From assembly GCA_052035175.1 (NCBI GenBank), contig JBPOHV010000001.1:169569-233568 (forward strand): DNA of 64,000 bases, in the 5' to 3' direction. This stretch comes from a candidate division WWE3 bacterium (GTDB lineage Bacteria; Patescibacteriota; WWE3; UBA101185; UBA10185). The notes below the pieces were generated by a model. It saw only the letters and a list, made by a program, of their open reading frames with translations, was not told where the DNA came from and searched no databases. A program made the translations under genes and the position numbers. This document shows positions 1 through 9,314 of this stretch, piece by piece. Positions within the stretch are counted from its first letter, which is position 1. Each line of letters starts with the position of its first letter.

Positions 1-450
1 TCTGGTGCGAGTAAATCTAAGTTGGAATACTACATTGTTGCTGAAGATCAAAACTTTGTGCCGAAAGATTACCCGTCGAACATTAATATCCATTTTCATC
101 CATTTGCTAAGCTTATCAAAGGTTTAAATAACACAATTGTCTACATAACTCCTCCCGAATTGGAAGGTCCATTAAAAAAGATTACTTCGAACTCTACAAA
201 GAAAGCAATGATGATTTTGATGGGATTACCCATCAGAGATAAAACTATTTCGCAAGATAATTTTGATTATCTTTTGAACGCACGGGCTTCGATAGAAATA
301 TCTCATCTTGGTGAACTTATGGCCGAAATGAGTCATTTAATTTCGAAACTAATTGATGAAGGTATACAAGAGTATAAGACAGGAAAAATAAATTTATCCG
401 ATTTTGATTATACGAAAGCTATATTAAAGCGTGATAGCAATAATTTATGA
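1..450 (+). CDS. Hypothetical protein, probably 5'-partial
   Basis: The frame of ORF 22..450 stays open back to base 1; no motif recognised. Confidence 0.6.
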   Translation, partial: SGASKSKLEYYIVAEDQNFVPKDYPSNINIHFHPFAKLIKGLNNTIVYITPPELEGPLKKITSNSTKKAMMILMGLPIRDKTISQDNFDYLLNARASIEISHLGELMAEMSHLISKLIDEGIQEYKTGKINLSDFDYTKAILKRDSNNL

Positions 451-503
451 ATAGCCAATATTTACACGAAGTGGCGGTGTTAGGCGGTAAATTGGAAACA
501 CGC

Positions 504-1184
504 TTAATTTTTTGGTAACAGGCTTAACAACTTTGCTGCACGTTTTGGGTCGCCTCGGCCTACAGGAAAATAACAAGGAATAATTTTGAAACTTTTATCT
601 TTTATATTTAGCGGAAATGTTTCTAGAATATTTTGTTGCATACATTTTTCAAAATAATCTTTGAGTTTGATTTGTTCATTGGTCAATGCATTAAATGGTA
701 TTAGTCCAAAAGTCACGATGTATTTTGGATTAACGATTTCGATTTCACGTAAAAGAATTGGTAAAAAAGTTTTAACTTTGTGCGTATCAGGCAAGTCGCC
801 ATTTTCTCCTGTCCACTTTACAATATTTGTAAAATAGAAATCACGGTCTTCTAAATGTTTATAAACTTTATCTGCAAAATCAACATCCCAGACTTTCTTT
901 TTTGAAATCTCGTATAGTAAAGCATTATCAAAATGTCCAGCATTGTTAAATATTTTCCAAATATATTTTGTACCTGTCCATGGTCTACGCTTGCCTTCCC
1001 AAGCTGGATCAGAAGAAATATTTTTGTGTGTAGGATTTATAAAAACAAACATGAACTTTGGACTTTGCAATTTCCCTCCTGCCAGAATGGGGGAGAGTTT
1101 GTTTTGTGGGAAAAGTGAATCGTGTAATTCTTTTGTATATTCCCAAAGTTCTTCTAATGTGTTTACGGCTGAAAGTTCTTTCAT
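504..1184 (-). CDS. Uracil-DNA glycosylase superfamily protein
   Basis: FVFINP, YFTNIVK, EIEIVNPKYIVTFG and C-terminal YFP segments match the UDG-like fold; the family-4 GEAPG motif is divergent. Confidence 0.7.
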   Translation of the reverse strand: MKELSAVNTLEELWEYTKELHDSLFPQNKLSPILAGGKLQSPKFMFVFINPTHKNISSDPAWEGKRRPWTGTKYIWKIFNNAGHFDNALLYEISKKKVWDVDFADKVYKHLEDRDFYFTNIVKWTGENGDLPDTHKVKTFLPILLREIEIVNPKYIVTFGLIPFNALTNEQIKLKDYFEKCMQQNILETFPLNIKDKSFKIIPCYFPVGRGDPKRAAKLLSLLPKN

Positions 1185-1216
1185 ATAAATGTAAATATAT
1201 CATTTAGAAAATAGTC

Positions 1217-1262
1217 AAAAAAGAAGGTTCCCCCTGATTTCAGATAAACTGATCTCAGGGGG
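1217..1262 (-). terminator. Intrinsic terminator downstream of the methyltransferase
   Basis: CCCCCTGA(1230-1237)/TCAGGGGG(1255-1262) stem; A-run 1217-1222 gives a U-tract on the - strand. Confidence 0.7.
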
Positions 1263-1264
1263 TT

Positions 1265-2173
1265 CCAACTCCCAAATTGTAATCGCGATTAATTAATTAT
1301 TCTGAGCATGCCTGCGAAGAACCTCTTCACTTTTGACACAGAAAAAGCATGCGTCCAGATTGTTCTCCAAATGATGCTCGATCAAACGAGCCCCACTTTT
1401 CTACAATATTAAACCCAGCTTTTTCAAGCAAAAGTTCCCATTCGCCTGGGAATACAACGCGGATCTCAAAAGGTGACCAGTAAGTATTAAGTAACTTTCG
1501 GTCTCCTTTTGACTCAAAAATCTGATAAATCCAAGTTGCAGTCACCAACTGTTGATGTGGTATATATCCAAATGATCCGCTACGGATCAAAGTGATACCT
1601 TCTTCTTCAATTGCCATGACCTTTTCCATATCTATCCAAGACGGCCCCATATTTCTTGCAAGTCGCTCGACATTTGGCAGAAAGATATCGGCCATGAAAT
1701 ATCCGCCAGCTTTAAGATGCTTGTAAGCATTGGTTAAGGCTGCAAGTTGGTCTTGCGGTGTAGTCATATGCATAAAACTGTTGAATGGAATCAAAGCCAA
1801 ATCAAATTGGCTATGTCCAACGGTAACATTCCGCATATCGCCGTCTATCAATTGCAGGCGCTCTTGCACGTCCATCGGCAAAAGACTGGCTTTTTGTCTT
1901 GCGATATTCAACATCGCCGGTGTGATGTCTACACCTGTAACGTTAAAACCAGCATTTACTAATGGTAATGTAATGCGCCCAGTTCCAGCACAAAACTCTA
2001 GAATTTTGCCATTTGGAGCAAAGTCTTTTGCGAGGCCGACATTAAACTCAATGTCAGCTGTCAGGTCGCGGTATTCATAATCGTAATGTGGTGCATTACG
2101 ATAGTGATCTTGAATTGTGGTCATTGTGATCTCCTATTAAATTTTATTGTGCGATTCCAACTTTGGGAGTTGG
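1265..2173. repeat. ~22-bp imperfect inverted repeat pair flanking the methyltransferase gene
   Basis: 1265-1286 CCAACTCCCAAATTGTAATCGC versus reverse complement of 2151-2173 CCAACTCCCAAAGTTGGAATCGC. Confidence 0.8.
1327..2124 (-). CDS. Class I SAM-dependent methyltransferase
   Basis: ILEFCAGTGR motif I, GVDITPAML, GDMR, HLKAGG; AGGAG SD upstream. Confidence 0.9.
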   Translation of the reverse strand: MTTIQDHYRNAPHYDYEYRDLTADIEFNVGLAKDFAPNGKILEFCAGTGRITLPLVNAGFNVTGVDITPAMLNIARQKASLLPMDVQERLQLIDGDMRNVTVGHSQFDLALIPFNSFMHMTTPQDQLAALTNAYKHLKAGGYFMADIFLPNVERLARNMGPSWIDMEKVMAIEEEGITLIRSGSFGYIPHQQLVTATWIYQIFESKGDRKLLNTYWSPFEIRVVFPGEWELLLEKAGFNIVEKWGSFDRASFGEQSGRMLFLCQK

Positions 2174-2195
2174 TGACCGCACGTTAGGAGAATAC

Positions 2196-2345
2196 TTATA
2201 GTTTAAAATCTGAGTTTAAAAAAGCGTATTTACATAAAAAGCAATCATCAGCTACCAAAATAGGCAATATTTTAGCTGCACCTTTTTCACAAGGCTGATT
2301 AGAGATATTTAACTTTTGGTTATGTTTGTAACTGCTTATTAACAT
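2196..2345 (-). CDS. Possible 49-aa leader ORF (MLISSYKHNQ...NSDFKL) upstream of the methyltransferase
   Basis: Hand translation; TATAAT (2357-2352, - strand) lies 6 nt before the ATG, the leaderless pattern seen throughout the window. Confidence 0.3.
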   Translation of the reverse strand: MLISSYKHNQKLNISNQPCEKGAAKILPILVADDCFLCKYAFLNSDFKL

Positions 2346-2408
2346 GGGCGTATTATATGCTATAGGTCCTCATACTGCAAGGATGTATGTGGGGGTATAA
2401 TTCATTTA

Positions 2409-2867
2409 ATGTCTGATCACGTTGCTATATTAAGAAAATCAAATATAAAATCCAAAGATAACTTGTTGGGAGACATTTTGGCAGGTACGAAAACAATTGA
2501 ATCCAGATGGTATGTGAATAAAGTAGCTCCTTGGGGCAAAGTGTTTGCAGGCGATACTGTTTATTTCAAAGAATCAGGGCAGCCTGTCACAGCTAGTGCG
2601 CTTGTTTCAAAAGTATTGCAATTTGAAGATTTAAATAGGCAGGCAATATTAGAAATAATTGATGCATACGGTACACAAATTGCACCTAATACATCGCGTG
2701 AAGAGTTTATAAGTTGGACTAGTACCAAACCAAAAATCAAATATTGCATTCTAGTCTTTTTAAAAGATGTAAAAAAGCTACAGCCGTTTCAAATAAATAA
2801 AAAAGGTTTTGGCATTTCTAGCGCTTGGCTTGCAGTAGGAGATATAGAAAAAGTCAAAATATCTTAA
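2409..2867 (+). CDS. ASCH/PUA-like domain protein
   Basis: ILAGTKTIESR and GDTVYFK ASCH signature. Confidence 0.8.
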   Translation: MSDHVAILRKSNIKSKDNLLGDILAGTKTIESRWYVNKVAPWGKVFAGDTVYFKESGQPVTASALVSKVLQFEDLNRQAILEIIDAYGTQIAPNTSREEFISWTSTKPKIKYCILVFLKDVKKLQPFQINKKGFGISSAWLAVGDIEKVKIS

Positions 2868-3574
2868 CCTGCTGCATTAGTCCATCTACCAGAGTTTATT
2901 GGCAGATAAGCTCCAGCAATGCTTCGGGTTTCCAAAAGTAGAAATGCAAGCTTTGATACTTCATCTGTAGAAACAGGTTGCTTTGTTGGAATGCGATTTA
3001 AAATATCAGGTCTGTTTGCAATTGCTTCTTTACCCATCGGTGTATCCATCAACCCCGGGCCAATTATATTTATACATATGCCATCTTTTGTATATTCTCT
3101 CGATAAACCTGATAGTGCACTTTCGGTTGCGCTTTTTGCACTGTGGTAGAGAATTTCATGTGGGGATGTTGTGCGCGTGGCGACTGAGCTTATATAAACA
3201 ATATTGCCTTTGTGATTTCTTTTTAGCCAACTAGAGATCAGCTTTTGTGCGATTGAAATGCTCGATATGCAATTTACTCTCATAGATTCGCAAAACAAAG
3301 CGATATCCAGGTCGAGCGGGTTTGTATTGTACATTTGTCCATGGCAAATTATTGCGCTGTCTATGGTTGTATAATCAATTTCTAGTGTTGGATCATCTGT
3401 GAAGTCTTTTTTTACGATTATTAAGCTTTTTTCTGGTAGAGTTTCATTTATAAGATTGTGCGCATTATGCGTGTTTACTTGGGCAGTTATTTGATATCCT
3501 TTTTTAAACGCGTGCTCAAGTAATATTGTTCCTAAACCTCCACTTGCTCCTGTTATTAATATTCTTTTTTCCAT
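2864..3574 (-). CDS. Short-chain dehydrogenase/reductase
   Basis: TGASGGLG Rossmann motif, YHSAK catalytic YxxxK, PGLMDT. Confidence 0.9.
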   Translation of the reverse strand: MEKRILITGASGGLGTILLEHAFKKGYQITAQVNTHNAHNLINETLPEKSLIIVKKDFTDDPTLEIDYTTIDSAIICHGQMYNTNPLDLDIALFCESMRVNCISSISIAQKLISSWLKRNHKGNIVYISSVATRTTSPHEILYHSAKSATESALSGLSREYTKDGICINIIGPGLMDTPMGKEAIANRPDILNRIPTKQPVSTDEVSKLAFLLLETRSIAGAYLPINSGRWTNAAG

Positions 3575-3654
3575 ATTTACTGGGCTAATTAGAGTAAATC
3601 ATATTTTGCTGATTTCTCATAGACCCAGATCTATATGTGTGTTTTCTTTGGATT

Positions 3655-4341
3655 CTATATGACAGCGTTTTTGATGAATTCAAGTTCTTTTTGTACTTCA
3701 TCCCAATCGTCGCAAACGCTTTCTATTATTATTGGGTAGTGTTTCCATGATTTGAGCGCATTAATTAGTGCGGGTTGTATTGTCTTGTGGATGGGGTGGT
3801 GAAGGAATTGATTGTGATACCCGCTGAAATGTATCTGATTTATTTGTGAAAATTTTTTGAATTCATTTGCAAGCAACATATCTTTGTCGTGTGTGTATAC
3901 ATGTTGTAAGTCTAATACCATGTTACATTTCATTTTTCCAAACAGATTTTCGAAAAAGTCTGGTCTGTGTCCTGCTATTTTTAATTCATCCATATTTTCT
4001 ATCGCCCAAGGCACTTTACATTCCAAGATAGTATCCCAGTCGGTTATATTGTCAGGGTGCAAAACTATATTGTTAGGTTTTAATATTTCGACTATTTCTA
4101 TTAATGTATTGAATATCTCATTACCTTTTGCATAGCTTTCTTTTGGTGGTGTATGAATAGAAACAAATTCAAATTTTTTGGTTACTTCACGACTTATGTT
4201 TTTAAGCTTTTGCAATTGTTGGTTATCGTGTGCGTGAATCTCGACAGCATTTGCCCCAATGTCTAAATATTTTAATAGTGTTTCGTTTGTAAGGCTATCT
4301 ACAAACTTATATGAGCATCCTGTACTGAAACCAAGGATCAT
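3655..4341 (-). CDS. Xylose-isomerase-like TIM barrel / AP endonuclease 2 family protein
   Basis: SIH, VLHP, IENMD, LDLQH, QIHFS metal-binding pattern; start moved to ATG 4341, just downstream of TATAAT. Confidence 0.7.
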   Translation of the reverse strand: MILGFSTGCSYKFVDSLTNETLLKYLDIGANAVEIHAHDNQQLQKLKNISREVTKKFEFVSIHTPPKESYAKGNEIFNTLIEIVEILKPNNIVLHPDNITDWDTILECKVPWAIENMDELKIAGHRPDFFENLFGKMKCNMVLDLQHVYTHDKDMLLANEFKKFSQINQIHFSGYHNQFLHHPIHKTIQPALINALKSWKHYPIIIESVCDDWDEVQKELEFIKNAVI

Positions 4342-4445
4342 TTCACTATTATACACGCGTTGTGTACATTTGACCCAGCGCACTATAGGGTGTATAATCC
4401 TGCTGATTCTAGTTTAGTAATATTTTCTGCCTGATTGGAGTATTT

Positions 4446-5279
4446 ATGAAATCATTTATTTCCTTTATCGTAATAGTATTTCTTTTTAGTCTCAACACAG
4501 CGATCTTTGCAGCGGTTCCACAATTACCTTCTGATAATTTATTAAAAAATCCATGGTTTAGAGACAGCTTGAATAAACCTAGTTTGCAAGATTGGGTAGA
4601 TGCTACAGGTCCTTTGGGGCATTGGGTAGCTTCTGATAAACCTGGTAATCCTTCACCTGATAATGCTGTTGGTACTTCAGCTAGAATTTCTGTTGGTGAA
4701 GAGGGTGGTTTGGCAGCAACTATTCCTGTAAATTATCCTGCTTATTTGTATCAAGTTGTGCCAGCAGATCCATCAAAGAAAACTTTAAAGTTTGATATGT
4801 ATTGGGTTACTCATACAGTAAAACCTGTTACCGTGACTGTATATGGCAGTAATTCTGCAAATGGCCCTTGGACACAAGTTTGGGTACCGTTTAACAAAAC
4901 TTTCACACAAGCCTATGTGCCACCTGCTGGGTCTGGTCCAGCCAATGCCTATCTTTGGAATTACTATTCCAATATGACCGACATGGTTTCAACTACGATA
5001 TCAACAGGCTATCCATATTATAAATTACAAGTCTATGCAGTTTTGCCAGATGAGGCCGGTGGGTTAAAACTAACTGGTATGTATTTTGCGAATGGTAGCG
5101 CGCCAATAGTTCCAAATCCTGATCCAGACCCAGATCCTATTCCAGTACCTGATCCTATAAGACCAGGTGATACTGATCCTAGACCTACAACTGGTGGGCA
5201 TAGCGGTTCACACAATAAACGTTCTGGTGAGACTTTGATTCGCAAAGTTTCTCAAGCTATACGAACTTTTGTTAAATAA
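4446..5279 (+). CDS. Secreted hypothetical protein with Pro/Asp-rich linker
   Basis: Signal peptide; NLLKNPWF start typical of carbohydrate-binding-like beta-sandwich domains; PNPDPDPDPIPVPDP. Confidence 0.65.
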   Translation: MKSFISFIVIVFLFSLNTAIFAAVPQLPSDNLLKNPWFRDSLNKPSLQDWVDATGPLGHWVASDKPGNPSPDNAVGTSARISVGEEGGLAATIPVNYPAYLYQVVPADPSKKTLKFDMYWVTHTVKPVTVTVYGSNSANGPWTQVWVPFNKTFTQAYVPPAGSGPANAYLWNYYSNMTDMVSTTISTGYPYYKLQVYAVLPDEAGGLKLTGMYFANGSAPIVPNPDPDPDPIPVPDPIRPGDTDPRPTTGGHSGSHNKRSGETLIRKVSQAIRTFVK

Positions 5280-5285
5280 CTTTTC

Positions 5286-5314
5286 TGGGCTTCCTGGCGA
5301 TGCCAGGAAGCCCA
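5286..5314 (+). terminator. Strong hairpin after gene 4446-5279, likely terminator
   Basis: TGGGCTTCCTGGC-GAT-GCCAGGAAGCCCA, 13-bp perfect stem; weak U-tract. Confidence 0.6.
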
Positions 5315-5350
5315 TCAAACATACCTTGCTTCTAGTGGTAAAATCCATGC

Positions 5351-5845
5351 ATGGTTGAATACCACAAAACAGTTTCACAAATAAAAGATTTATTAATTCA
5401 AAATAATGCTTGGTTCGAGGTATTTGAGCATGAGCCTGTACGTACTAGTGCAGAAGCTGCTCTTGTGCGTACTGGGTATACACTTGATCAAGGAGCGAAA
5501 GCTTTATTGATAGAAGTTCTTTATAAACTCACAAAAGAAAAAGAAATATTGATGTGTGTGATACCTGGCAGTGCCAGATTACACAATAGTAAATTAAAAC
5601 AAATTCTCAATATCAAAGAATATCGATTTGTTTCTGAAGATCAAGTAAAAGAAATTACTTCTGGTGTTGAGCCTGGTGGTGTACCTCCATTTGGAAATCT
5701 TTTTGGGTTGAAGGTGTTTGTTGATAAAACTTTACTTGAAAATGACAAAATGATTTTTAATGCTGGTGACAAAAGATTTTCTATTGCTATGACGACAGCC
5801 GATTACAAAGATATTGTTAAGCCTCAAGTTGTGGATATTATTTAG
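5351..5845 (+). CDS. YbaK/ProX-family aminoacyl-tRNA deacylase
   Basis: HEPVRTS, GAKALL (conserved Lys), GGVPPFG, FNAGD. Confidence 0.9.
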   Translation: MVEYHKTVSQIKDLLIQNNAWFEVFEHEPVRTSAEAALVRTGYTLDQGAKALLIEVLYKLTKEKEILMCVIPGSARLHNSKLKQILNIKEYRFVSEDQVKEITSGVEPGGVPPFGNLFGLKVFVDKTLLENDKMIFNAGDKRFSIAMTTADYKDIVKPQVVDII

Positions 5846-5849
5846 TCAC

Positions 5850-5925
5850 CGGAGTGTGGCGCAGTTGGTAGCGCGCAGCGTTCGGGACGCTGAGGCCGTG
5901 CGTTCGAGTCGCACCACTCCGACCA
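5850..5925 (+). tRNA. tRNA-Pro(CGG)
   Basis: CGGAGTG/CACTCCG acceptor stem, CAGCG-TTCGGGA-CGCTG anticodon arm, GTTCGAGT T-loop, encoded CCA. Confidence 0.97.
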
Positions 5926-5963
5926 GATAGCAGACACATTTTTGAAAAAAATCACTCTTCATG

Positions 5964-6695
5964 TCAAAACTTTTGAAAAACGAGTATCGAGTAATTGGGA
6001 AGTCTTAGCATTTTTTGTAAAAATGGACCCCCAATCCCTGTTGCATCTTCAACCGGTTTGCACTCGTCCAAATATACTAAATGCATAGATGACGCCATAC
6101 AGACAGTTAAATAATCGCTCAATTGCCAATGATAATCTTCAAATGTAAATTTCACCCCTTCAATTTCTCGATGCACAACATATTTGGTAGGGGAAGCATA
6201 ATATCCTTTGAACTCAGTCTCAACATCTTCTCTATCAAAAAGCATCTTTTGCATGTATCCATCAAAACATGGGTTCATAATTGTAGCTATGAAATATCCA
6301 TTTTGCTTTAGAACACGGGCAACTTCAGTAAAAATACCTTTAAAAGTTTTGAAGTTACTCACAGAAGGGAAAAGCATGTTTGATATTACGAAATCGAAAT
6401 CTTTACCCACTTCTGCAGGAAACTGACTTCCATTGCCTACTACAAAATTCCCTGTAGGATTTTTCACTAGTGCCTGAGCAATCATATCGGAAGAGATATC
6501 CATGCCTGTGTAATTAAAGCCACCAGACTCAAAAAACATTGAATAGAGAACACCATCCCCACAACCTAAATCAAGCACTTTTTTAGATTGTAACGATAAA
6601 TTTTTTATAATCCTGTCTATAGCAGGAAATAAACGCACATACTTGTCAGGGGGTTGTCGATAGTTCTTTGCATTTTTTCCATAGTATTCCTGCAT
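5964..6695 (-). CDS. Class I SAM-dependent methyltransferase
   Basis: VLDLGCGDG, GMDISSDM, FDFVISN, RVLKQNG. Confidence 0.9.
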   Translation of the reverse strand: MQEYYGKNAKNYRQPPDKYVRLFPAIDRIIKNLSLQSKKVLDLGCGDGVLYSMFFESGGFNYTGMDISSDMIAQALVKNPTGNFVVGNGSQFPAEVGKDFDFVISNMLFPSVSNFKTFKGIFTEVARVLKQNGYFIATIMNPCFDGYMQKMLFDREDVETEFKGYYASPTKYVVHREIEGVKFTFEDYHWQLSDYLTVCMASSMHLVYLDECKPVEDATGIGGPFLQKMLRLPNYSILVFQKF

Positions 6696-6764
6696 ATACT
6701 TATAATTATAAATACAAATTGGAGGATTAACAAAACTGGTAATAGCAGCTGATATAATTTCATT

Positions 6765-7418
6765 ATGTTACCGGTCGATCTCGTCCAAGAATATTTATTA
6801 ATCGCTAAACATACAAAACGTAAACATGCAAAGATTGCACCGCCGCAATCTTGGTGTGTAGGGGATAAAGGTCATATAATTATCATTCCCGGTTGGCATG
6901 GATCTTACCATTCGCTTTTCACACTAGCAGATGCGCTAAATAAAGAAGGTTTTTGTATCCATACGCTTCAAAATGTTCATACAACAGATAAAATTTCAGC
7001 TATGGCCGAAGCGTTATATCAGATGATCATCTCTTTGCCGAAAGGCGAGGTAACATTAATAGCTCACAGTAAAGGAGGAATTGTAGAAAAATATTTGTTA
7101 GACAATTTTCCTGATATTGTGTCAAGTGTGAAAAATATAATTTCAATCGCAACGCCATTTAAAGGTACTGTGTTTGGTAATTTGAAATTTCACAATGTCG
7201 AGGAGTTAAAACCAGACTCTGACATCATTAAAAATTTAAAAAGAGAACGTATATACACAAATTATTATAATTTTTATCCAACGTGGGATAATCATGTGTT
7301 GCCAAATGAGAGTTTGCTTTTGGAAGGCGCGCACAATATCCAAATAAATATAAATGGCCATACACGTGTGTTAGAATCGCCAGAGCTTATAGACAAAATA
7401 AAAGCGGTTTTAGCTTAG
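6765..7418 (+). CDS. Alpha/beta hydrolase (lipase-like)
   Basis: AHSKGG nucleophile elbow, IATPFKG, GHT. Confidence 0.85.
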   Translation: MLPVDLVQEYLLIAKHTKRKHAKIAPPQSWCVGDKGHIIIIPGWHGSYHSLFTLADALNKEGFCIHTLQNVHTTDKISAMAEALYQMIISLPKGEVTLIAHSKGGIVEKYLLDNFPDIVSSVKNIISIATPFKGTVFGNLKFHNVEELKPDSDIIKNLKRERIYTNYYNFYPTWDNHVLPNESLLLEGAHNIQININGHTRVLESPELIDKIKAVLA

Positions 7419-7425
7419 TGATAAA

Positions 7426-7845
7426 ATGAGATTGATGATCAAGAAAAAAGCAATAATATTCTATTCCTTGGTTACCATAGTGACCTTACTGTCGTGGAAG
7501 TTTGGATTCTTTGCAGATAGTTTGTTCACTGTTATATACATATCTGGTTGGGTTATGGTATTTAGACTTTCGTTTTCACAACACCCTTTTGCCAGGTCAG
7601 ATAGCAGAACTCAATTTAAGAGGCGTGATTCGGTTTTATTGCTAAAACGTATTCTTACATCCTATATAAGCTATTATGTGCTTTTAACTGGTGTAATTTT
7701 TATATTAAATCGGCCAGCTTTTGAATGGTCTGTCATATTCTCATTTGGATTCTTTTTACTAGTAACCTTGCATGTAACTGTATTCTGGCTGGTCTTTCTT
7801 ATTATCAAAGCTATTTTACAGACTATTAAAAACGATTGGTCATAA
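7426..7845 (+). CDS. Membrane protein (about 4 TM)
   Basis: Four hydrophobic segments. Confidence 0.6.
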   Translation: MRLMIKKKAIIFYSLVTIVTLLSWKFGFFADSLFTVIYISGWVMVFRLSFSQHPFARSDSRTQFKRRDSVLLLKRILTSYISYYVLLTGVIFILNRPAFEWSVIFSFGFFLLVTLHVTVFWLVFLIIKAILQTIKNDWS

Positions 7846-7846
7846 A

Positions 7847-8491
7847 ATGTTAATAAACATACTTATCGCAATTTTACTTTTACCATTTGTTCTAAAGCTA
7901 TCTTTTATAGTTTCGCTAATAATATTGCTTGTCGACAAGTATAGCCCATTTTGGATAACAACTCGTGTAGGTCAAGCTGGTAAAGAATTTAAAATAATAA
8001 AGTTTCAAACATTAAAACCACCCAAGAATGTCAACGAAATAAGTAATAAAGTAAATGATCAAACTCGTCTTACGCCATTGGGTGTATTTATACGAGATCA
8101 TGGTATTGATGAGTTGCTACAAATATTCAATGTTTTTACAGGAGACATGTACTTGATTGGACCACGCCCATTTGAACCATCTGATTGGCAGCGCATCTAT
8201 AATACTAACCCAGAATTAAAAGATGAAATTGATATATGGAAAAAAGCGCGTGAACAAATAAAACCTGGTATAACAGGTTGGGCACAAATACATTCTCGCG
8301 GACCACATATATTGACATTAGATAACGAGTTTCTTGCTGATCCTAACGTGTATAAAATTTTGAAAATTGTTATTTGTACTTTATTGATATTTATTCTTGG
8401 TAAAGAATTGTATTTTAAGACATTTTTTACACCAGAAGTTGCAAACGAGATGAATAATCCTTTGGTGAATGTATATGATAATTTGCTTTAA
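7847..8491 (+). CDS. Bacterial sugar (phosphoglycosyl) transferase, PglC/WcaJ-type catalytic domain
   Basis: RVGQAGKEF, KFQT, IDELLQ, GDMYLIGPRP, KPGITGWAQ. Confidence 0.9.
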   Translation: MLINILIAILLLPFVLKLSFIVSLIILLVDKYSPFWITTRVGQAGKEFKIIKFQTLKPPKNVNEISNKVNDQTRLTPLGVFIRDHGIDELLQIFNVFTGDMYLIGPRPFEPSDWQRIYNTNPELKDEIDIWKKAREQIKPGITGWAQIHSRGPHILTLDNEFLADPNVYKILKIVICTLLIFILGKELYFKTFFTPEVANEMNNPLVNVYDNLL

Positions 8492-8527
8492 TATCAGACT
8501 TTAGTATCAAATGTTAAAATTAGACAA

Positions 8528-9076
8528 ATGAATTTATACGACACACTAGAACAACCTCAAACTAATGAAGAAAAGTTCACAGAGCTTTATCATCGATATC
8601 AAGTATTGCATCAGCAAGAAAAAACACAGTTACTAGTGGGATATTCCGATTTACCGGAAACAGAAAATGAATATCGAGACCAACAGCATTTATCAGAAAT
8701 AACCAGACCAGTTCTGCAAGAGAAATATGAGCTTAGTGAATTAGAGTTTACGCATCTTGAAGAGTTTTTTACTTCAGGTGGCTTTATGCGAGTTGAGCTA
8801 TTGGATCATACTATTCTTATGTACAACGAAGAGGTTATGAACGCAGATGTACCAGACTTAGAAACTAAGTTTTTATCTTTAATAACTCGAGCATCTTTTT
8901 GGGTAGACATGTTTTATTTTGGATCAGATATTGGTCCGCATATAAGTGGTCCTAATGTTGCATCTGAACCAGAATTATTAGCTGCTGTACGTAGCTTGTC
9001 TCCTAAACAAATAGCACGCACAGGGTTTAAGAGTATGATGCAAGTTTTGGCAGCTGCTTACAAAGTAGAACATTAA
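8528..9076 (+). CDS. Hypothetical protein
   Basis: Long ORF with TAAAAT just upstream; no motif recognised. Confidence 0.6.
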   Translation: MNLYDTLEQPQTNEEKFTELYHRYQVLHQQEKTQLLVGYSDLPETENEYRDQQHLSEITRPVLQEKYELSELEFTHLEEFFTSGGFMRVELLDHTILMYNEEVMNADVPDLETKFLSLITRASFWVDMFYFGSDIGPHISGPNVASEPELLAAVRSLSPKQIARTGFKSMMQVLAAAYKVEH

Positions 9077-9098
9077 AGCCGAGGTGTATAATAGCTAT

Positions 9099-9308
9099 AT
9101 GAAGTATATAGAAAAACTCAAAAGTTTGAATGAAAAGCAAAAGCATTTATATAATGCAGTTTTTATGTTTTGGCTAGTAGTTATGTATTTGATGTTTATG
9201 GTTGGTGATCTAATTTTTAATAGTAGTACCAGTATGAGTCCATTTTTTGTCGTTGCATTCTTTTTTATTGGTACATTTTACCTTTATAAATATTTTGTTA
9301 CCGACTAA
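9099..9308 (+). CDS. Small 2-TM membrane protein
   Basis: Two hydrophobic helices; start moved to the ATG after TATAAT. Confidence 0.6.
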   Translation: MKYIEKLKSLNEKQKHLYNAVFMFWLVVMYLMFMVGDLIFNSSTSMSPFFVVAFFFIGTFYLYKYFVTD

Positions 9309-9314
9309 GCATAG

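Noticed and set aside
452-495. GTTAGGC resembling an integron attC core
   Set aside because: No matching RYYYAAC inverse core or hairpin, and no integron integrase in the window.
5112-5185. CCAGATCC-like short repeats
   Set aside because: They encode the Pro/Asp linker; not a CRISPR or non-coding array.
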